Notes: generated by a model not told the origin, from the sequence alone. A stretch of DNA of 64,000 bases from an uncultured Melioribacter sp. (GCA_964465685.1 CAYXKK010000011.1:3356-67355), one strand, 5' to 3'. Shown: positions 29,122 to 39,743, counted from the first letter of the stretch. Program-made: numbers and translations.

Positions 29122-31791
29122 ATGAGAATCGTGACTCTTTGGCGAACAATGCTGGCAATGGTGGCCATCGTTGTTCTCACATCCACGACAGCGCTATCAC
29201 AGTATAGTTTGGAAGTTGTGACGACAACTGACTCGTATACATCTGAGCCGGGTTGGCAAATCGTAAACACTGCAACGCAGATAGCGTATGCATGTGAAGC
29301 AACCGGTGGAACACTGTTTGTCGGCACGCAAACAATCAGTGTTCCGCTTGGCACATACGAGATCCGCGCATGGGATAGCTGGGGCGATCAGTGGCAAGGC
29401 CATACCGTAACGGTTCGCTATGCTGGTGGAGCGACGTTGATCTCGTCTGCGCGCATGTCTGTGAGCCTTCGTGGCACAAATGTGTGTCCTGGTCCAACGC
29501 CAATTGGAACGACGGGACAGGTTATCGGCACATTCACGGTGACCGCTCCATGCTTTGTTCCAAACATTACATCGCAACCACAGTCGCAAACAGTCTGCGA
29601 AGGATTCTCGGCAACGCTTAGTGTTGCTTCCTCTATGACCACTGGTACATATGAGTGGCGCAAGGATGGTGTAGCAGTTCCTGGCGCACCGAATTCAAAC
29701 GTGTACACGATTCCGGTTGTCTCTACATCGGATGCTGGTATCTACGATTGTGTACTTCGTGACGCATGTGATCCAGCAACAAGGGTTGCTACCAGCGCAT
29801 CAGCGCGCCTGACTGTTGTGTCACGCCCTACGATCACAACGAATCTTCCAGCAAGTCGCACAATTTGTGAGAATGCAAACGATACACTTCGCATTCGTGC
29901 TACTGGCGCTGGTCGTACGTTCCAGTGGTTCAAAGACGGCGTAGCAATCGCTGGTGCCCGTGACTCTAACTTCATCATCAACAATGCAGGTGCTACGACG
30001 AACGGCGAGTATACTTGCGTCGTTACGGGTACTTGCTCACCAACAGCCACATCTGTAGCATGTAGTGTAGTGGTGGCTTCACGTCCACGCATCACACAAG
30101 AGCCAACCAGTCTCGATCTATGCCCTGGTGCAGCCGGTTCGATATCTGTAGCGGCTACAGGGTTGAACCTTGTCTACCAGTGGTTCCGTAACGGTGTTGC
30201 TGTACCTAATGCGTTCAACTCAACACTTAACTTCTCGAACTACTCATATGATGCAGATGGGCAGTATTACTGCATCGTTTCATCGAACATTCCGAATCCA
30301 AACAACTGTACAATTACTGCACAGTCTCGCACTGTCCGCGTCTCTGGCTTCCGCGCTCCAAAGGTTCGAGAGCAGCCTCGCAGCAGCGATGCATGTGTCG
30401 GAACTAATGTGACTCTCGTCGCCGACTTCACAGGTACGGGTCTCACATACCAATGGTTCCGCGACGGTGTTGCGGTAAACGGTGCGGTTGCAAACTCGTT
30501 GACAATCACGGGCGTAACAGCGGCCAACGCTGGCAAGTACTATGCTGTCGCAACAGGTACGTGTAATCTGAATGTTGCGTCAGACACAGCAACAATCACA
30601 GTGATCGCCAAGCCGAAGCTCACAACACAGCCTTCAGATAAGACGCTTGAAGTAGGTCAGCGCCTCGAACTCGCGGTAGATGGAAGCGATTGGCGTAGCA
30701 TTCAGTGGACGAAGAATGATCAGCCAATAGTTGGCCAAACGTCGCCAACGTTTGTGATTCAAAGTGTTACGCGCGCAGATGCCGGCGTCTACAATGCAAT
30801 TGTTCGCAATTCATGCGGAGGCACAGCATCAGCATATGCAGTGGTTACAGTAAACAACCCAACTATCCCAGAACCGGTACTTGAGCTTTCACAGACAAGC
30901 ATCGAGTTTGGCGAGATTCCTGTCGGGTACGACAAGTCAATCACTGCTCCTGCATTGATCAAGAACATCGGCACAGCTCCGATGACAGTGTCTGTTCTTA
31001 CAGCTACACCATCAGAGTTCTCGATCACCAATGCTCCGGCACTTCCGTTGACACTCAACCCTGGTGAGTCGTCAACTATCACCATCAAGGCTACACCTAC
31101 GAATAAGGGCAACCTCGCTGGCAACCTCAACATCCGTACAAACGCTCCAGCCAACCCAAGCGCAAACGTTGCTCTTACAGCTGCGTACGTGCTTCGTTAC
31201 GACCACACTGCCAGCGAAGACTACGGCACGGTCATGACAGACACACCTGCTGAGCGCTGCGTTGTTCTTACAAACACATCAGCTCTTGACATTGCCATTG
31301 AGCAAGTAACCTTCACAGGTATGGATGCTGGTCTGTTCACAACAGTGACAACACTTCCACTGCAGATTGCTGCTGGTCAAACTGGCGAGCTGTGTGTGAA
31401 GTTTGCTCCTGCTACAGCTGGCAACAAGAATGCAACGATGAACATCCGTTCGTCGAACGGCGGTAACTCATCGATCGCTCTCAGCGGTAAGGGTGAAGTT
31501 CCTGGTGGTGTTATCGACGCAGTCGAAGCTGGTATCTCGGCATGGCCGAACCCAATGACAGACCGCGTTGAGGTGCGCTTTAGCAAGCCAACACCGTCGA
31601 TGAACGTGAGCGTCGTCAGCACATCTGGTGCTACGGTTGCTGCCTTTACACACGATGGTGTTGAAGCTGGTGGATCGATCCGTTGGAATGGTCGTGATAC
31701 TGCCGGTTCGCTTGTCGCATCTGGCACATACACAATGATCATCCGTTACGGTGAGAATATCGTCGCTATCCCGCTGACAGTTGTGAAGTAA
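29122..31791 (+). CDS. Paralogous secreted Ig-repeat surface protein with a different N-terminal domain
   Basis: Same Ig/ASH/CTD stalk as 26212..28899; unrelated N-domain containing TDSY.SE.GW and YEIRAWDSWGD. Confidence 0.8.
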   Translation: MRIVTLWRTMLAMVAIVVLTSTTALSQYSLEVVTTTDSYTSEPGWQIVNTATQIAYACEATGGTLFVGTQTISVPLGTYEIRAWDSWGDQWQGHTVTVRYAGGATLISSARMSVSLRGTNVCPGPTPIGTTGQVIGTFTVTAPCFVPNITSQPQSQTVCEGFSATLSVASSMTTGTYEWRKDGVAVPGAPNSNVYTIPVVSTSDAGIYDCVLRDACDPATRVATSASARLTVVSRPTITTNLPASRTICENANDTLRIRATGAGRTFQWFKDGVAIAGARDSNFIINNAGATTNGEYTCVVTGTCSPTATSVACSVVVASRPRITQEPTSLDLCPGAAGSISVAATGLNLVYQWFRNGVAVPNAFNSTLNFSNYSYDADGQYYCIVSSNIPNPNNCTITAQSRTVRVSGFRAPKVREQPRSSDACVGTNVTLVADFTGTGLTYQWFRDGVAVNGAVANSLTITGVTAANAGKYYAVATGTCNLNVASDTATITVIAKPKLTTQPSDKTLEVGQRLELAVDGSDWRSIQWTKNDQPIVGQTSPTFVIQSVTRADAGVYNAIVRNSCGGTASAYAVVTVNNPTIPEPVLELSQTSIEFGEIPVGYDKSITAPALIKNIGTAPMTVSVLTATPSEFSITNAPALPLTLNPGESSTITIKATPTNKGNLAGNLNIRTNAPANPSANVALTAAYVLRYDHTASEDYGTVMTDTPAERCVVLTNTSALDIAIEQVTFTGMDAGLFTTVTTLPLQIAAGQTGELCVKFAPATAGNKNATMNIRSSNGGNSSIALSGKGEVPGGVIDAVEAGISAWPNPMTDRVEVRFSKPTPSMNVSVVSTSGATVAAFTHDGVEAGGSIRWNGRDTAGSLVASGTYTMIIRYGENIVAIPLTVVK
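30880..31742 (+). repeat. 863-bp direct repeat, copy 2
   Basis: Appears identical to 27988..28850. Confidence 0.9.
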
Positions 31792-31813
31792 TTCACAGTC
31801 TTCCGTCGTCATC

Positions 31814-31848
31814 AAAAGGGTGTCTTGCCTCCGCAAGACACCCTTTTT
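31814..31848 (+). terminator. Intrinsic terminator, possibly bidirectional
   Basis: AAAAGGGTGTCTTGC-CTCC-GCAAGACACCCTTTT perfect hairpin. Confidence 0.85.
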
Positions 31849-31883
31849 CTTTGTGACGTATGCAATCAGCGATATCTTCGAGC

Positions 31884-32594
31884 ATGAGTCAATCACTACC
31901 TTCACGAGCAATCATCATTCCTGCTGCGGGATCTGGCTCGCGGTTCCAAAGTTCATTGCCGAAGCAGTTTCACGTCCTTGGTGGCGAACCGATTCTCCTC
32001 CGTACAATTCGGACGGCATGTCAAGTGTCGAACGTTGGATCGATTTCGATTGGCGTTCAAGGGGATATTGATCAGCTCCACGTCTGGTTACAGTCACATG
32101 GTGTTGTCGATACGCGGTTGCACTTCTTCGAAGGGGCTCACGAGCGCCAATTCACGGTAATGAAGGCACTTGAGCATTGGTCGATGAATACGCATGATGA
32201 TGGTATTGTTCTGGTGCACGATGCTGTACGCCCGCTAGCGTCTGTAGCGCTGTGGGAGCGCGTAGCAGAGGCTGCAGAGCTATGGGGAGCAGCTATCCCT
32301 ACCCTCCCCATGAGCGACACCGTGAAGGTTGTTGCAGATGGTGTTGTGGCGTCTACGCTTGACCGTTCGAAACTTGTACGTGTTCAGACTCCACAAGGGT
32401 TCCGTCGTTCACTGTTATCGGCCGCGTATGCAGACGCTGCTCGCGATGGGGTATCCGTTACCGATTGCGCATCTGTCGTAGAACGATCGGGTTATCCGGT
32501 ACACGTCGTCGATGGAGATGAAACAAATTTCAAAATCACGACTCCTTACGATCTCGCCGTCGCTGAGTTCATTGTTGCGAACAATGCGCAGTGA
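31884..32594 (+). CDS. ispD: 2-C-methyl-D-erythritol 4-phosphate cytidylyltransferase
   Basis: PAAGSGSRF, PKQF, VHDAVRP, DTVK, QTPQGF and NFKITTPYDL motifs. Confidence 0.93.
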   Translation: MSQSLPSRAIIIPAAGSGSRFQSSLPKQFHVLGGEPILLRTIRTACQVSNVGSISIGVQGDIDQLHVWLQSHGVVDTRLHFFEGAHERQFTVMKALEHWSMNTHDDGIVLVHDAVRPLASVALWERVAEAAELWGAAIPTLPMSDTVKVVADGVVASTLDRSKLVRVQTPQGFRRSLLSAAYADAARDGVSVTDCASVVERSGYPVHVVDGDETNFKITTPYDLAVAEFIVANNAQ

Positions 32595-32643
32595 GTTATA
32601 TTCGCGCCGCTACAGTTAATCAACAAATCGCAAGGATCCTCCC

Positions 32644-32883
32644 ATGTTTTGGACGCCCGAATTAGCCTCGTATCTCGAGGATGCTCCTTGGCCGGCCACC
32701 AAGGAGGAGCTCATTGACTATTGCAATCGCACTGGTGCGCCGTTGCAGGTCATTGACAACTTGACAGAGTTGGAAGACTCTGACGAGATCACATATGAAG
32801 GCATCGAAGATTTGTGGCCGGAATATGAGGCTGCATCTGATGACATGTTCTTCAATGAAGACGAGGACATGTACGATTCGTAA
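32644..32883 (+). CDS. DUF2795 domain protein
   Basis: MFWT.ELASYLEDAPWPATKEELIDY, a conserved small FCB-group protein. Confidence 0.85.
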   Translation: MFWTPELASYLEDAPWPATKEELIDYCNRTGAPLQVIDNLTELEDSDEITYEGIEDLWPEYEAASDDMFFNEDEDMYDS

Positions 32884-32912
32884 ATCGTCATCTACGACCC
32901 ACGATCATCAAC

Positions 32913-32943
32913 ACGCCCTTTTGAAGCTTCTTCAGAAGGGCGT
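32913..32943 (+). terminator. Stem-loop after DUF2795 (probable terminator)
   Basis: ACGCCCTTTTGAAG...CTTCAGAAGGGCGT inverted repeat with a weak T tail. Confidence 0.5.
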
Positions 32944-32944
32944 T

Positions 32945-35308
32945 GTGCATTTAGGACGTGCTCGGGGCGGTATCTTGCAGCTATCGGTGGGACGTTGTTC
33001 TGGATATCGCCCTCTTCTTCGATGCGTGGCACTTTTCGTGCTAACCACGTTCGTAGCATCGTCGCATATGTATGCCCAGGAGTCCTACAGCGATAGCGTT
33101 GCTCGTGCTGGTGAGCGTTCGCGTGCACTCAATTTGGATGAACTCCAACGTGTGGAGTTTGTTGGATGCGTACAGACAACTCCACAAGAGCTCCTTGGTG
33201 TGATCTCATCGATTGAAAGCGAGCTCACAATCACACGCCAACTCACGCTGTATTTCGAGGAGAACCTCCGTCGTAATCCTGCAACGCCAAAAGTCATCAT
33301 CAACCGACTTGATGGAATCCGTCAAGGCCTCATGAATGAACTGCGGTATTACAACGCCGAAACTGCTGCTGATGATAGCGTCGCTATTCTGACCTATCTG
33401 GGACAGAATGGTTTTCATAATGCGCGTGTGTCGTACATGTTTGGCCTAGACTCTTCTTCATCGAAGAACACGCTGACGTTCTTCATTGATGAGGGTGCAC
33501 GCGCTGTAGTCGATACCGTGGTGATATCGGGTCTCGAAGATGTGGACATAGATGTTGCGAACCGCGCACGGAACGCATTCCGCTTCAAACCCAAGTCGCC
33601 ATTTTCTGAATCAGAGATTGAGTTTGCTGTTCGTTCGCTCGTAGAAGAATTGCACAGCAATGGGTACTATCGTGCCTCGTATCGAGCTCCTGTGGTTGGT
33701 TTATCCGAGGATGGGTCCCATGATACAGTAGTGGTTGTTGTTACACCGGGAAAGCGTGTAAAGATCGACACGATTGTATTTGTCGAGAATACGATGGGGT
33801 ATCCCGAGATCACGCTATCGACGCGCAAGCGTCAGCTTGATGTAGAGATCGGACAGTGGTATAGTCGGCGAAGCATAGAGCTTTCGAAGGCGAACTTGCT
33901 ATCGCTTGGAACGTTTGAGGTCGTGTTGATTGATACGATTGCAGCGGATTCCGTCAATGGATATCAAGCAACAGATTCTACGATCGGACTGCGGGTATTC
34001 ACACGAAACAGTAAACCTCACGATGTAGGTATGAATACGTTGTTGTACCAAACAGCAGTCGACAACTTCCTCAACGTGGGTGTTGGTGCAACAGCGCAGT
34101 ACCGCAATGTCTTTGGGGGTGCGCAAGTCGCCTCTGTAACACTCCAATACGTTCTGCAGGACATCTCACGTGTTGCACAAGGTCAACCCCTAGAGACTGA
34201 AGCACTAGCATCACTTGTGTTGGCGTGGCCGAATATCGGCAAGCTGTTTGATCAACGCTTCGGCATTCAGACATCGACGTATTATTCACAGCGCCAACTT
34301 GTGAATCCGTTTCGTCTTGAGTCTGCTGGCTTTAATGTGTTGGCTCCTATCAATCTGTATCGCTACACGTTTCTTACCAATGTCGATCTTAACCTGAGCA
34401 TCGAGCGACAAGTGCCGCGAAACTTCCAAGGTACACTGGATCAGGCGTTATCAGATTCAAAGACGCCAGAGGATACAGCATACGTGCTGAGCACATTCAA
34501 CCAGTTCTTGGTGCTTGATTCCTACCTGCAACGCAACAACACGTTTTTCACAGGTCTCAACGCTGGTGTTACGCTGCGCGGGGATCATCGCGATAATCCG
34601 ATTGATCCGCGTCGCGGAACATTTTCGAGTTTCTCCGTGGAGTGGGGGTGGGGTGCTGGTAAGTACGTTCGCGGGCAGGCGTTCATATCCACCGTGTTCC
34701 CAGTTAGCCAGCGTCTGACAGGTGCAACAAAGATTAAGCTCGGACACATTCAGTTGTTAGACTTTGCACGCAACGATTCGCTTAGGAACAACACCTACGT
34801 TCCCCTTGAACGACAGTTCTTTGCCGGGGGTCCTGCAAGCATTCGATCATTTCCGTCGCGGTTGTTGCATGATCCGCGCTCTGGCAAGATTACAAATCAA
34901 GCTGGCGAGCAAGATTATGTGCTTGCGAACGTGATCGGTAGTGGTTCCCTGATTGAGCTTGGATTCGAGTTGCGCTACACATTTGAGCGACCACGAGGTA
35001 TCAATGATCTAGTCGCATCGATGATTGAGCGAAGCGGCATCACGTTCTTCACAGACATTGGTAATGCGTTCAATCGCTTCACAACAGATTTGTATGGTAC
35101 CGCGCAGTTACAAGACTTCTACCGGGGAAGTGTGATTGCTGCAGGTGTCGGATACAGATTCGAAACACCCGTTGGACCGTTTCGCGTCGATTACGCAACA
35201 AGTGTGTACGATCCATTGCGTCCGACAGATCAATGGATTGTTGGACGAAGGGGCATCATGAACACAGGAAACTGGCAGCTCAGTATCGGACTTGGTCACG
35301 CGTTCTAA
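32945..35308 (+). CDS. BamA/TamA family outer-membrane protein with POTRA domains
   Basis: POTRA-like N-region; RNVFGGA, FFAGG..SIR, GPFRVD and C-terminal GHAF; start uncertain. Confidence 0.8.
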   Translation: MHLGRARGGILQLSVGRCSGYRPLLRCVALFVLTTFVASSHMYAQESYSDSVARAGERSRALNLDELQRVEFVGCVQTTPQELLGVISSIESELTITRQLTLYFEENLRRNPATPKVIINRLDGIRQGLMNELRYYNAETAADDSVAILTYLGQNGFHNARVSYMFGLDSSSSKNTLTFFIDEGARAVVDTVVISGLEDVDIDVANRARNAFRFKPKSPFSESEIEFAVRSLVEELHSNGYYRASYRAPVVGLSEDGSHDTVVVVVTPGKRVKIDTIVFVENTMGYPEITLSTRKRQLDVEIGQWYSRRSIELSKANLLSLGTFEVVLIDTIAADSVNGYQATDSTIGLRVFTRNSKPHDVGMNTLLYQTAVDNFLNVGVGATAQYRNVFGGAQVASVTLQYVLQDISRVAQGQPLETEALASLVLAWPNIGKLFDQRFGIQTSTYYSQRQLVNPFRLESAGFNVLAPINLYRYTFLTNVDLNLSIERQVPRNFQGTLDQALSDSKTPEDTAYVLSTFNQFLVLDSYLQRNNTFFTGLNAGVTLRGDHRDNPIDPRRGTFSSFSVEWGWGAGKYVRGQAFISTVFPVSQRLTGATKIKLGHIQLLDFARNDSLRNNTYVPLERQFFAGGPASIRSFPSRLLHDPRSGKITNQAGEQDYVLANVIGSGSLIELGFELRYTFERPRGINDLVASMIERSGITFFTDIGNAFNRFTTDLYGTAQLQDFYRGSVIAAGVGYRFETPVGPFRVDYATSVYDPLRPTDQWIVGRRGIMNTGNWQLSIGLGHAF

Positions 35309-35319
35309 TGTGCGCCCCT

Positions 35320-36192
35320 TTACAAGCAACCCACAGTTACAACACCTGATCCATCTACAGCGGCGCGATACATTCCCGATGTTGAGAATGGCATAGCAAC
35401 AGTGCCGCGGTGATCAACAGCGATCATTCCGCCCGATCCACCCAGATGAACGATTTCGGTGAGGATGGTGCCAGCTGCAGTTGAAATGTGCTCGCCAAGT
35501 AACTCAACGCGCGCTAACACGCGCGAGGCCGCACTTGTGCGGAGAAAGTACTCTCCTATACCTGTGCACGACACTCCACCGAGTCCACCAAGGGCGTACG
35601 TGCCAGCACCAATGATAGGTGCATCCCCTACTCGTCCCGCTCGCTTACGAAGTGTGCCACCTGTAGAAGTTGCAGCTACGATTTCGCCAGTGCGATCCAA
35701 TACAACAGCACCTACGGTACCTGTCGATGGAAGTGCTGCTCCTACTTCGTCACACGGTACGAAATACGACGCATCGATTGTGGGGATGCCTACGTCGCAA
35801 ACAAGACAGTCCGCTTCGTGCCCCACCATTAATACTTGCGTGGTATGTTCCATGATGTGACGTGCAACATCTATTGGATTCCTGGGAGTGCGCACCGCAG
35901 CAACAGACCCTGCTGCGCGATCGCTCCCACGCATGATGGACGCATCGAGTTCTACATACCCTTTGTCGTTCGGGGAAGAACCCTTTCCTGCGTGGAAGTA
36001 TCCAATGTCTTCCAATGCACGGACTGAAGCGCATGCAACGTCAAGTGCTGATACACCATCGAGAAGCATGGAGTGCCACGTTTGTATGGACGCAGACAAA
36101 AACGCGTGCGCATCTTCAAGTCGGCCCGTACCGTCATAACGCGAAAGGTTACCAGCACCACCGTGAACAGCAATGGCAACAGGTTGCGGCAT
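35320..36192 (-). CDS. iaaA: Isoaspartyl peptidase/L-asparaginase (Ntn hydrolase)
   Basis: IAVHGGAG, ELDASIM, GTVGAV, ATSTGG, GRVGD and SCTG.GE motifs. Confidence 0.9.
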   Translation of the reverse strand: MPQPVAIAVHGGAGNLSRYDGTGRLEDAHAFLSASIQTWHSMLLDGVSALDVACASVRALEDIGYFHAGKGSSPNDKGYVELDASIMRGSDRAAGSVAAVRTPRNPIDVARHIMEHTTQVLMVGHEADCLVCDVGIPTIDASYFVPCDEVGAALPSTGTVGAVVLDRTGEIVAATSTGGTLRKRAGRVGDAPIIGAGTYALGGLGGVSCTGIGEYFLRTSAASRVLARVELLGEHISTAAGTILTEIVHLGGSGGMIAVDHRGTVAMPFSTSGMYRAAVDGSGVVTVGCL

Positions 36193-37025
36193 TACGACAA
36201 GATCTTTCCAATGATCGCATCTTGGAGATCGACGTTCTTCGCACCTGAGAGCAACACAAGGATTCCATCAGTCACCATGTGTTGATGGTAGAGCACACTG
36301 TATCCCTTTTCGGTTAGCGACTCAACTATCTGTTGCGACTCGCCTCCGCTCACAACAATCGGCGCATTCTTAGTCTTTAAGGTGTTCTTCATCACCGCAT
36401 CAACAGTGAGCTGTACGCCCCCTACAACCGATGCCGTGATACCAGCCATCAAACACTGAAGCGTGTTAACACCGATATGTGTTGTTGGTGGTGTGTACTT
36501 CATTTCCGGTATTGCTGCTGTTTGCTTGGCTAAGCCAAATAACTGAGTTGATATTCCAGCAAACACTACTCCACCAAGGAAATGATGCTCTTTATCTACT
36601 GCATTAACCGTTACCGCTGTCCCACAGTCCACAGTGATGAGTGGGGGTTCGGCCTTCGTCATTGCGCCAATTGTACCGAGCATGCGATCGATACCAGCGT
36701 TCTCCACCTTACCCAACGACAATGCAGAATCATTGCGCATGAGCAGTTGATGAGCGTTGAGAACGAGATGACCAGGAATTCGTTGAAGGACCTTTACAAT
36801 CGCAGTGGTTTGTTTCGGATTTACGCTTGAAAGCCCTATCAGATACCGCTTCGAGACATGATCACGGAAGTGATGCTGAACATTCTTCTTCCACTCTTTA
36901 TCGTACGGAAACGATAGAAACACATCATCGTGGTGGATCTTAACGCGGCTGTTGCCAACATCAATCGCAGCAATGCCATACTCAACGCCGTTGAGCTCAA
37001 TCTTCGTATCGTAAAGTGTCGCCAT
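36192..37025 (-). CDS. coaX: Type III pantothenate kinase
   Basis: IDVGNSRVK, SSVNP, GIDR, VDCGTA and SGG motifs. Confidence 0.88.
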   Translation of the reverse strand: MATLYDTKIELNGVEYGIAAIDVGNSRVKIHHDDVFLSFPYDKEWKKNVQHHFRDHVSKRYLIGLSSVNPKQTTAIVKVLQRIPGHLVLNAHQLLMRNDSALSLGKVENAGIDRMLGTIGAMTKAEPPLITVDCGTAVTVNAVDKEHHFLGGVVFAGISTQLFGLAKQTAAIPEMKYTPPTTHIGVNTLQCLMAGITASVVGGVQLTVDAVMKNTLKTKNAPIVVSGGESQQIVESLTEKGYSVLYHQHMVTDGILVLLSGAKNVDLQDAIIGKILS

Positions 37026-37731
37026 CACTAATGATCCGCTCAATGTGTGTTGTTGTGTGTTCTGCGTGAAGTCGTCCGTCGCTTCCTATCCCCTTCATCA
37101 TCCACAATCCATCTTCGCCTATGACGCGAAATCTGGTGGTATCGGGATTGAGTTCGCTAATCCATCGAGAAGATAGCTCTGTTGACGTCATTACCAGTGC
37201 AGAGTTCATTGCCAACTGAAGATGCGATAACACTTCAAATGGTGTGAGATGTGCACCGATGCGATGCAGAGACGTGCATGGCTGTCCTATAGTCTCAGGG
37301 AATGTGATCTGTTCCACATTCATTCCAATGCCCACTATGGATGAGGTGCACGTAGATCCGAGAAACTCATGTTCAACCAACACGCCGGCAATTTTTGCCC
37401 ATGTTGATCCTTCACGAACCTGTACATCGTTTGGATATTTTAACCTCGATTCAACATCAGATGCAGCGGTACGTATCGTGTCCAACACAGCTAGTGCACC
37501 AAGCGCCATCCAGAGGTGTATCATTGCCCCAGACAGTGGTTGTGCATGACGCACTCCGAACGAACAATAGATGTTCTTATGTTGATCTCCAACCCACACC
37601 TTTCCGTTCCGACCACGTCCCGCCGTTTGGTGCTCAGCAGATACCATCACATACGGATGACTTGCTAATAACTCTTTGGCATAGTCATTGGTTGATGTAA
37701 CGGTTGGAAGATGAATGGTGTATGGCTGCAT
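36997..37731 (-). CDS. birA: Biotin--[acetyl-CoA carboxylase] ligase without HTH
   Basis: STND, QTAGRGR, KYPND, KIAGVLVE and GIGMN motifs. Confidence 0.9.
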   Translation of the reverse strand: MQPYTIHLPTVTSTNDYAKELLASHPYVMVSAEHQTAGRGRNGKVWVGDQHKNIYCSFGVRHAQPLSGAMIHLWMALGALAVLDTIRTAASDVESRLKYPNDVQVREGSTWAKIAGVLVEHEFLGSTCTSSIVGIGMNVEQITFPETIGQPCTSLHRIGAHLTPFEVLSHLQLAMNSALVMTSTELSSRWISELNPDTTRFRVIGEDGLWMMKGIGSDGRLHAEHTTTHIERIISDGDTLRYED

Positions 37732-37789
37732 CAATGTAAAGAAGTTTACATGTGTGACTCTCACCTGTTGCGACTGCAATATTCGCTCT

Positions 37790-39163
37790 ATGAACTCAGT
37801 GACAACTGTCGGAAGCGACACGATTTGCGCCTTAGCAACACCGCAGGGGGTTGCTGGGCTGGCCGTAGTCCGAGTTAGCGGTCCGCGTGCTCTCGAAGTG
37901 TGCGACGCGTTTTTCCGTGGATCTCATACGCTGGCTGATACACCCGGTTACACGATCCGATACGGATGGTGGATGAGTGGGTTGGTTCGAATCGACTCGG
38001 TGACAGCATCTGTGTTCCGCGCACCGCAGTCCTATACTGGTGAGGATGTCGTCGAGATCGGGTGTCATGGAGGGTCGTTCACGAGCCACCAAATCATTGA
38101 GGATTTGCTCGAAGGGGGTGCCCGGTTGGCTAACCCTGGTGAGTTTACACAGCGTGCGTTTATACATCAGAAGCTCGACTTGACGCAAGCTGAGGCTGTT
38201 GCTGACATTATTCACGCTCAATCGGTGGTTGGTGCCAAGACAGCAGCTCGACAGCTTGCAGGGGGCTTTACGACGCGGATAACTGCACTCAGACAACGAT
38301 TGCTCGACGTGATTGGGCTATTGGAGCTTGAACTAGATTTCTCTGAAGAGGATGTAGAGTTTGTTGATCGGTCTCGTTTACGCGAACTTATCATGGGCAT
38401 CATCTCAGAGGTAGACCTACTCGCTTCCTCAGCTCATAGTGCGGAAATCTTGCGATCTGGGTTTCATGTTGCAGTGGTAGGTTATCCAAATGCCGGTAAG
38501 AGTTCGTTGTTCAATGCGTTACTACAGCGCTCGAGAGCGATTGTAAGCGATGTCGCCGGAACCACCCGTGATTACCTCGTGGAGACTCTGCTGATTGATG
38601 GGTATGCCATCCACCTCGCCGATACTGCGGGGATTCGACTCACAGAAGACAGTATAGAGCTCCAAGGCATATCACTCACACGTTCCGTGTTAGAGCAAGC
38701 TGATGCAGTTGTTCTTGTGAACGATGCCTCGTTGGGCTTGGATCACTCAGATAGTCTTCGTGGTGAGCTGTCGGATTCGTTTTCCTCAACACCAATCGTT
38801 GTGCTTCAGAATAAATCAGATCTCGTCGGTAATGCGCTGATCCCTCGAACAGGGCATGAGATTGTCTGCTCAACCGTTTCAGGGGTGGGTATGGATCTAG
38901 TTCGTGATCGACTACGGAGCTTGGTTCAGGAGCAGACGATTCAGCCTACAGATGTCCTTGTGAATGCACGTCAGGCTGTGCTTCTGCACCAGATCTCGTC
39001 GGCACTTTCCTCAGCGATACAGGCGTTGGAGGGTGGTCAGTCTCCAGATCTACTCTCGGTTGACATTCGTGCCTCTATTCGCCTTCTGGGTGACATCTCT
39101 GGTGAGTCTTGGAACCCAGACGTACTTGACACCGTTTTTTCCCGATTCTGCATCGGAAAGTAG
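37790..39163 (+). CDS. mnmE: tRNA modification GTPase MnmE
   Basis: DTICALATP, SYTGEDVVE, GEFTQRAF, GYPNAGKSS, GTTRD, DTAG and C-terminal FCIGK. Confidence 0.97.
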   Translation: MNSVTTVGSDTICALATPQGVAGLAVVRVSGPRALEVCDAFFRGSHTLADTPGYTIRYGWWMSGLVRIDSVTASVFRAPQSYTGEDVVEIGCHGGSFTSHQIIEDLLEGGARLANPGEFTQRAFIHQKLDLTQAEAVADIIHAQSVVGAKTAARQLAGGFTTRITALRQRLLDVIGLLELELDFSEEDVEFVDRSRLRELIMGIISEVDLLASSAHSAEILRSGFHVAVVGYPNAGKSSLFNALLQRSRAIVSDVAGTTRDYLVETLLIDGYAIHLADTAGIRLTEDSIELQGISLTRSVLEQADAVVLVNDASLGLDHSDSLRGELSDSFSSTPIVVLQNKSDLVGNALIPRTGHEIVCSTVSGVGMDLVRDRLRSLVQEQTIQPTDVLVNARQAVLLHQISSALSSAIQALEGGQSPDLLSVDIRASIRLLGDISGESWNPDVLDTVFSRFCIGK

Positions 39164-39167
39164 CAAC

Positions 39168-39683
39168 ATGATCATTCGCCCGCTTGAAATCGACGACTTT
39201 CCTTCGTTTCTCGATATTCAGCGAGAAGCTCTTGTTCAGGCACCAGAGGTGTTTGGTTCGGATTATGACTGGTTTGAAGGTCTCTCAATTCTATCGAAAG
39301 AGCAACGTTTTGAGCGGTACCTAAACTACCCGTACCAGTACACGCTCGGTGCTGTCGATGATTCTGGACGCATTATTGCAATGATCGGATACTCAGGCAA
39401 CGAGACATCTAAACTTCGTCACAAGGGCCGTATTTGGGGTCTATACGTGCGAAACGACGCCCGTGGGAAGGGTCTAGCAACAACACTGGTAAAGACTGTG
39501 CTTGATACCGCCAGAGAAGTTGTGGGTGTCGAGCAGGTTCAATTGGCAGTAAGTACTCAAAACACAGCAACCTATGGCCTCTATCTTCGACTTGGTTTCA
39601 CGGTTTATGGAACCGAAGTTGGGGCTATGAAGATTGGCGATTCCTACGTCGATGAATTTCTGATGTCGAAGCATCTTGTTTAA
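39168..39683 (+). CDS. GNAT family N-acetyltransferase
   Basis: LYVRNDARGKGLA acetyl-CoA motif; N..YGLY..LGF. Confidence 0.88.
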   Translation: MIIRPLEIDDFPSFLDIQREALVQAPEVFGSDYDWFEGLSILSKEQRFERYLNYPYQYTLGAVDDSGRIIAMIGYSGNETSKLRHKGRIWGLYVRNDARGKGLATTLVKTVLDTAREVVGVEQVQLAVSTQNTATYGLYLRLGFTVYGTEVGAMKIGDSYVDEFLMSKHLV

Positions 39684-39699
39684 TGTTCCACGTGAAACA
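39684..39699. promoter_or_regulatory. parS site (TGTTCCACGTGAAACA)
   Basis: Matches the conserved chromosomal parS consensus TGTTNCACGTGAAACA. Confidence 0.9.
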
Positions 39700-39743
39700 C
39701 TTTTTGGTATTGTTCCTTTTCCGCAATCTCCTCGACGGACAAA

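Noticed and set aside
26212-31791. Diversity-generating retroelement or invertible shufflon explanation for the repeat
   Set aside because: The copies are direct and identical rather than differing at adenines, and no reverse transcriptase or recombinase is in the window.
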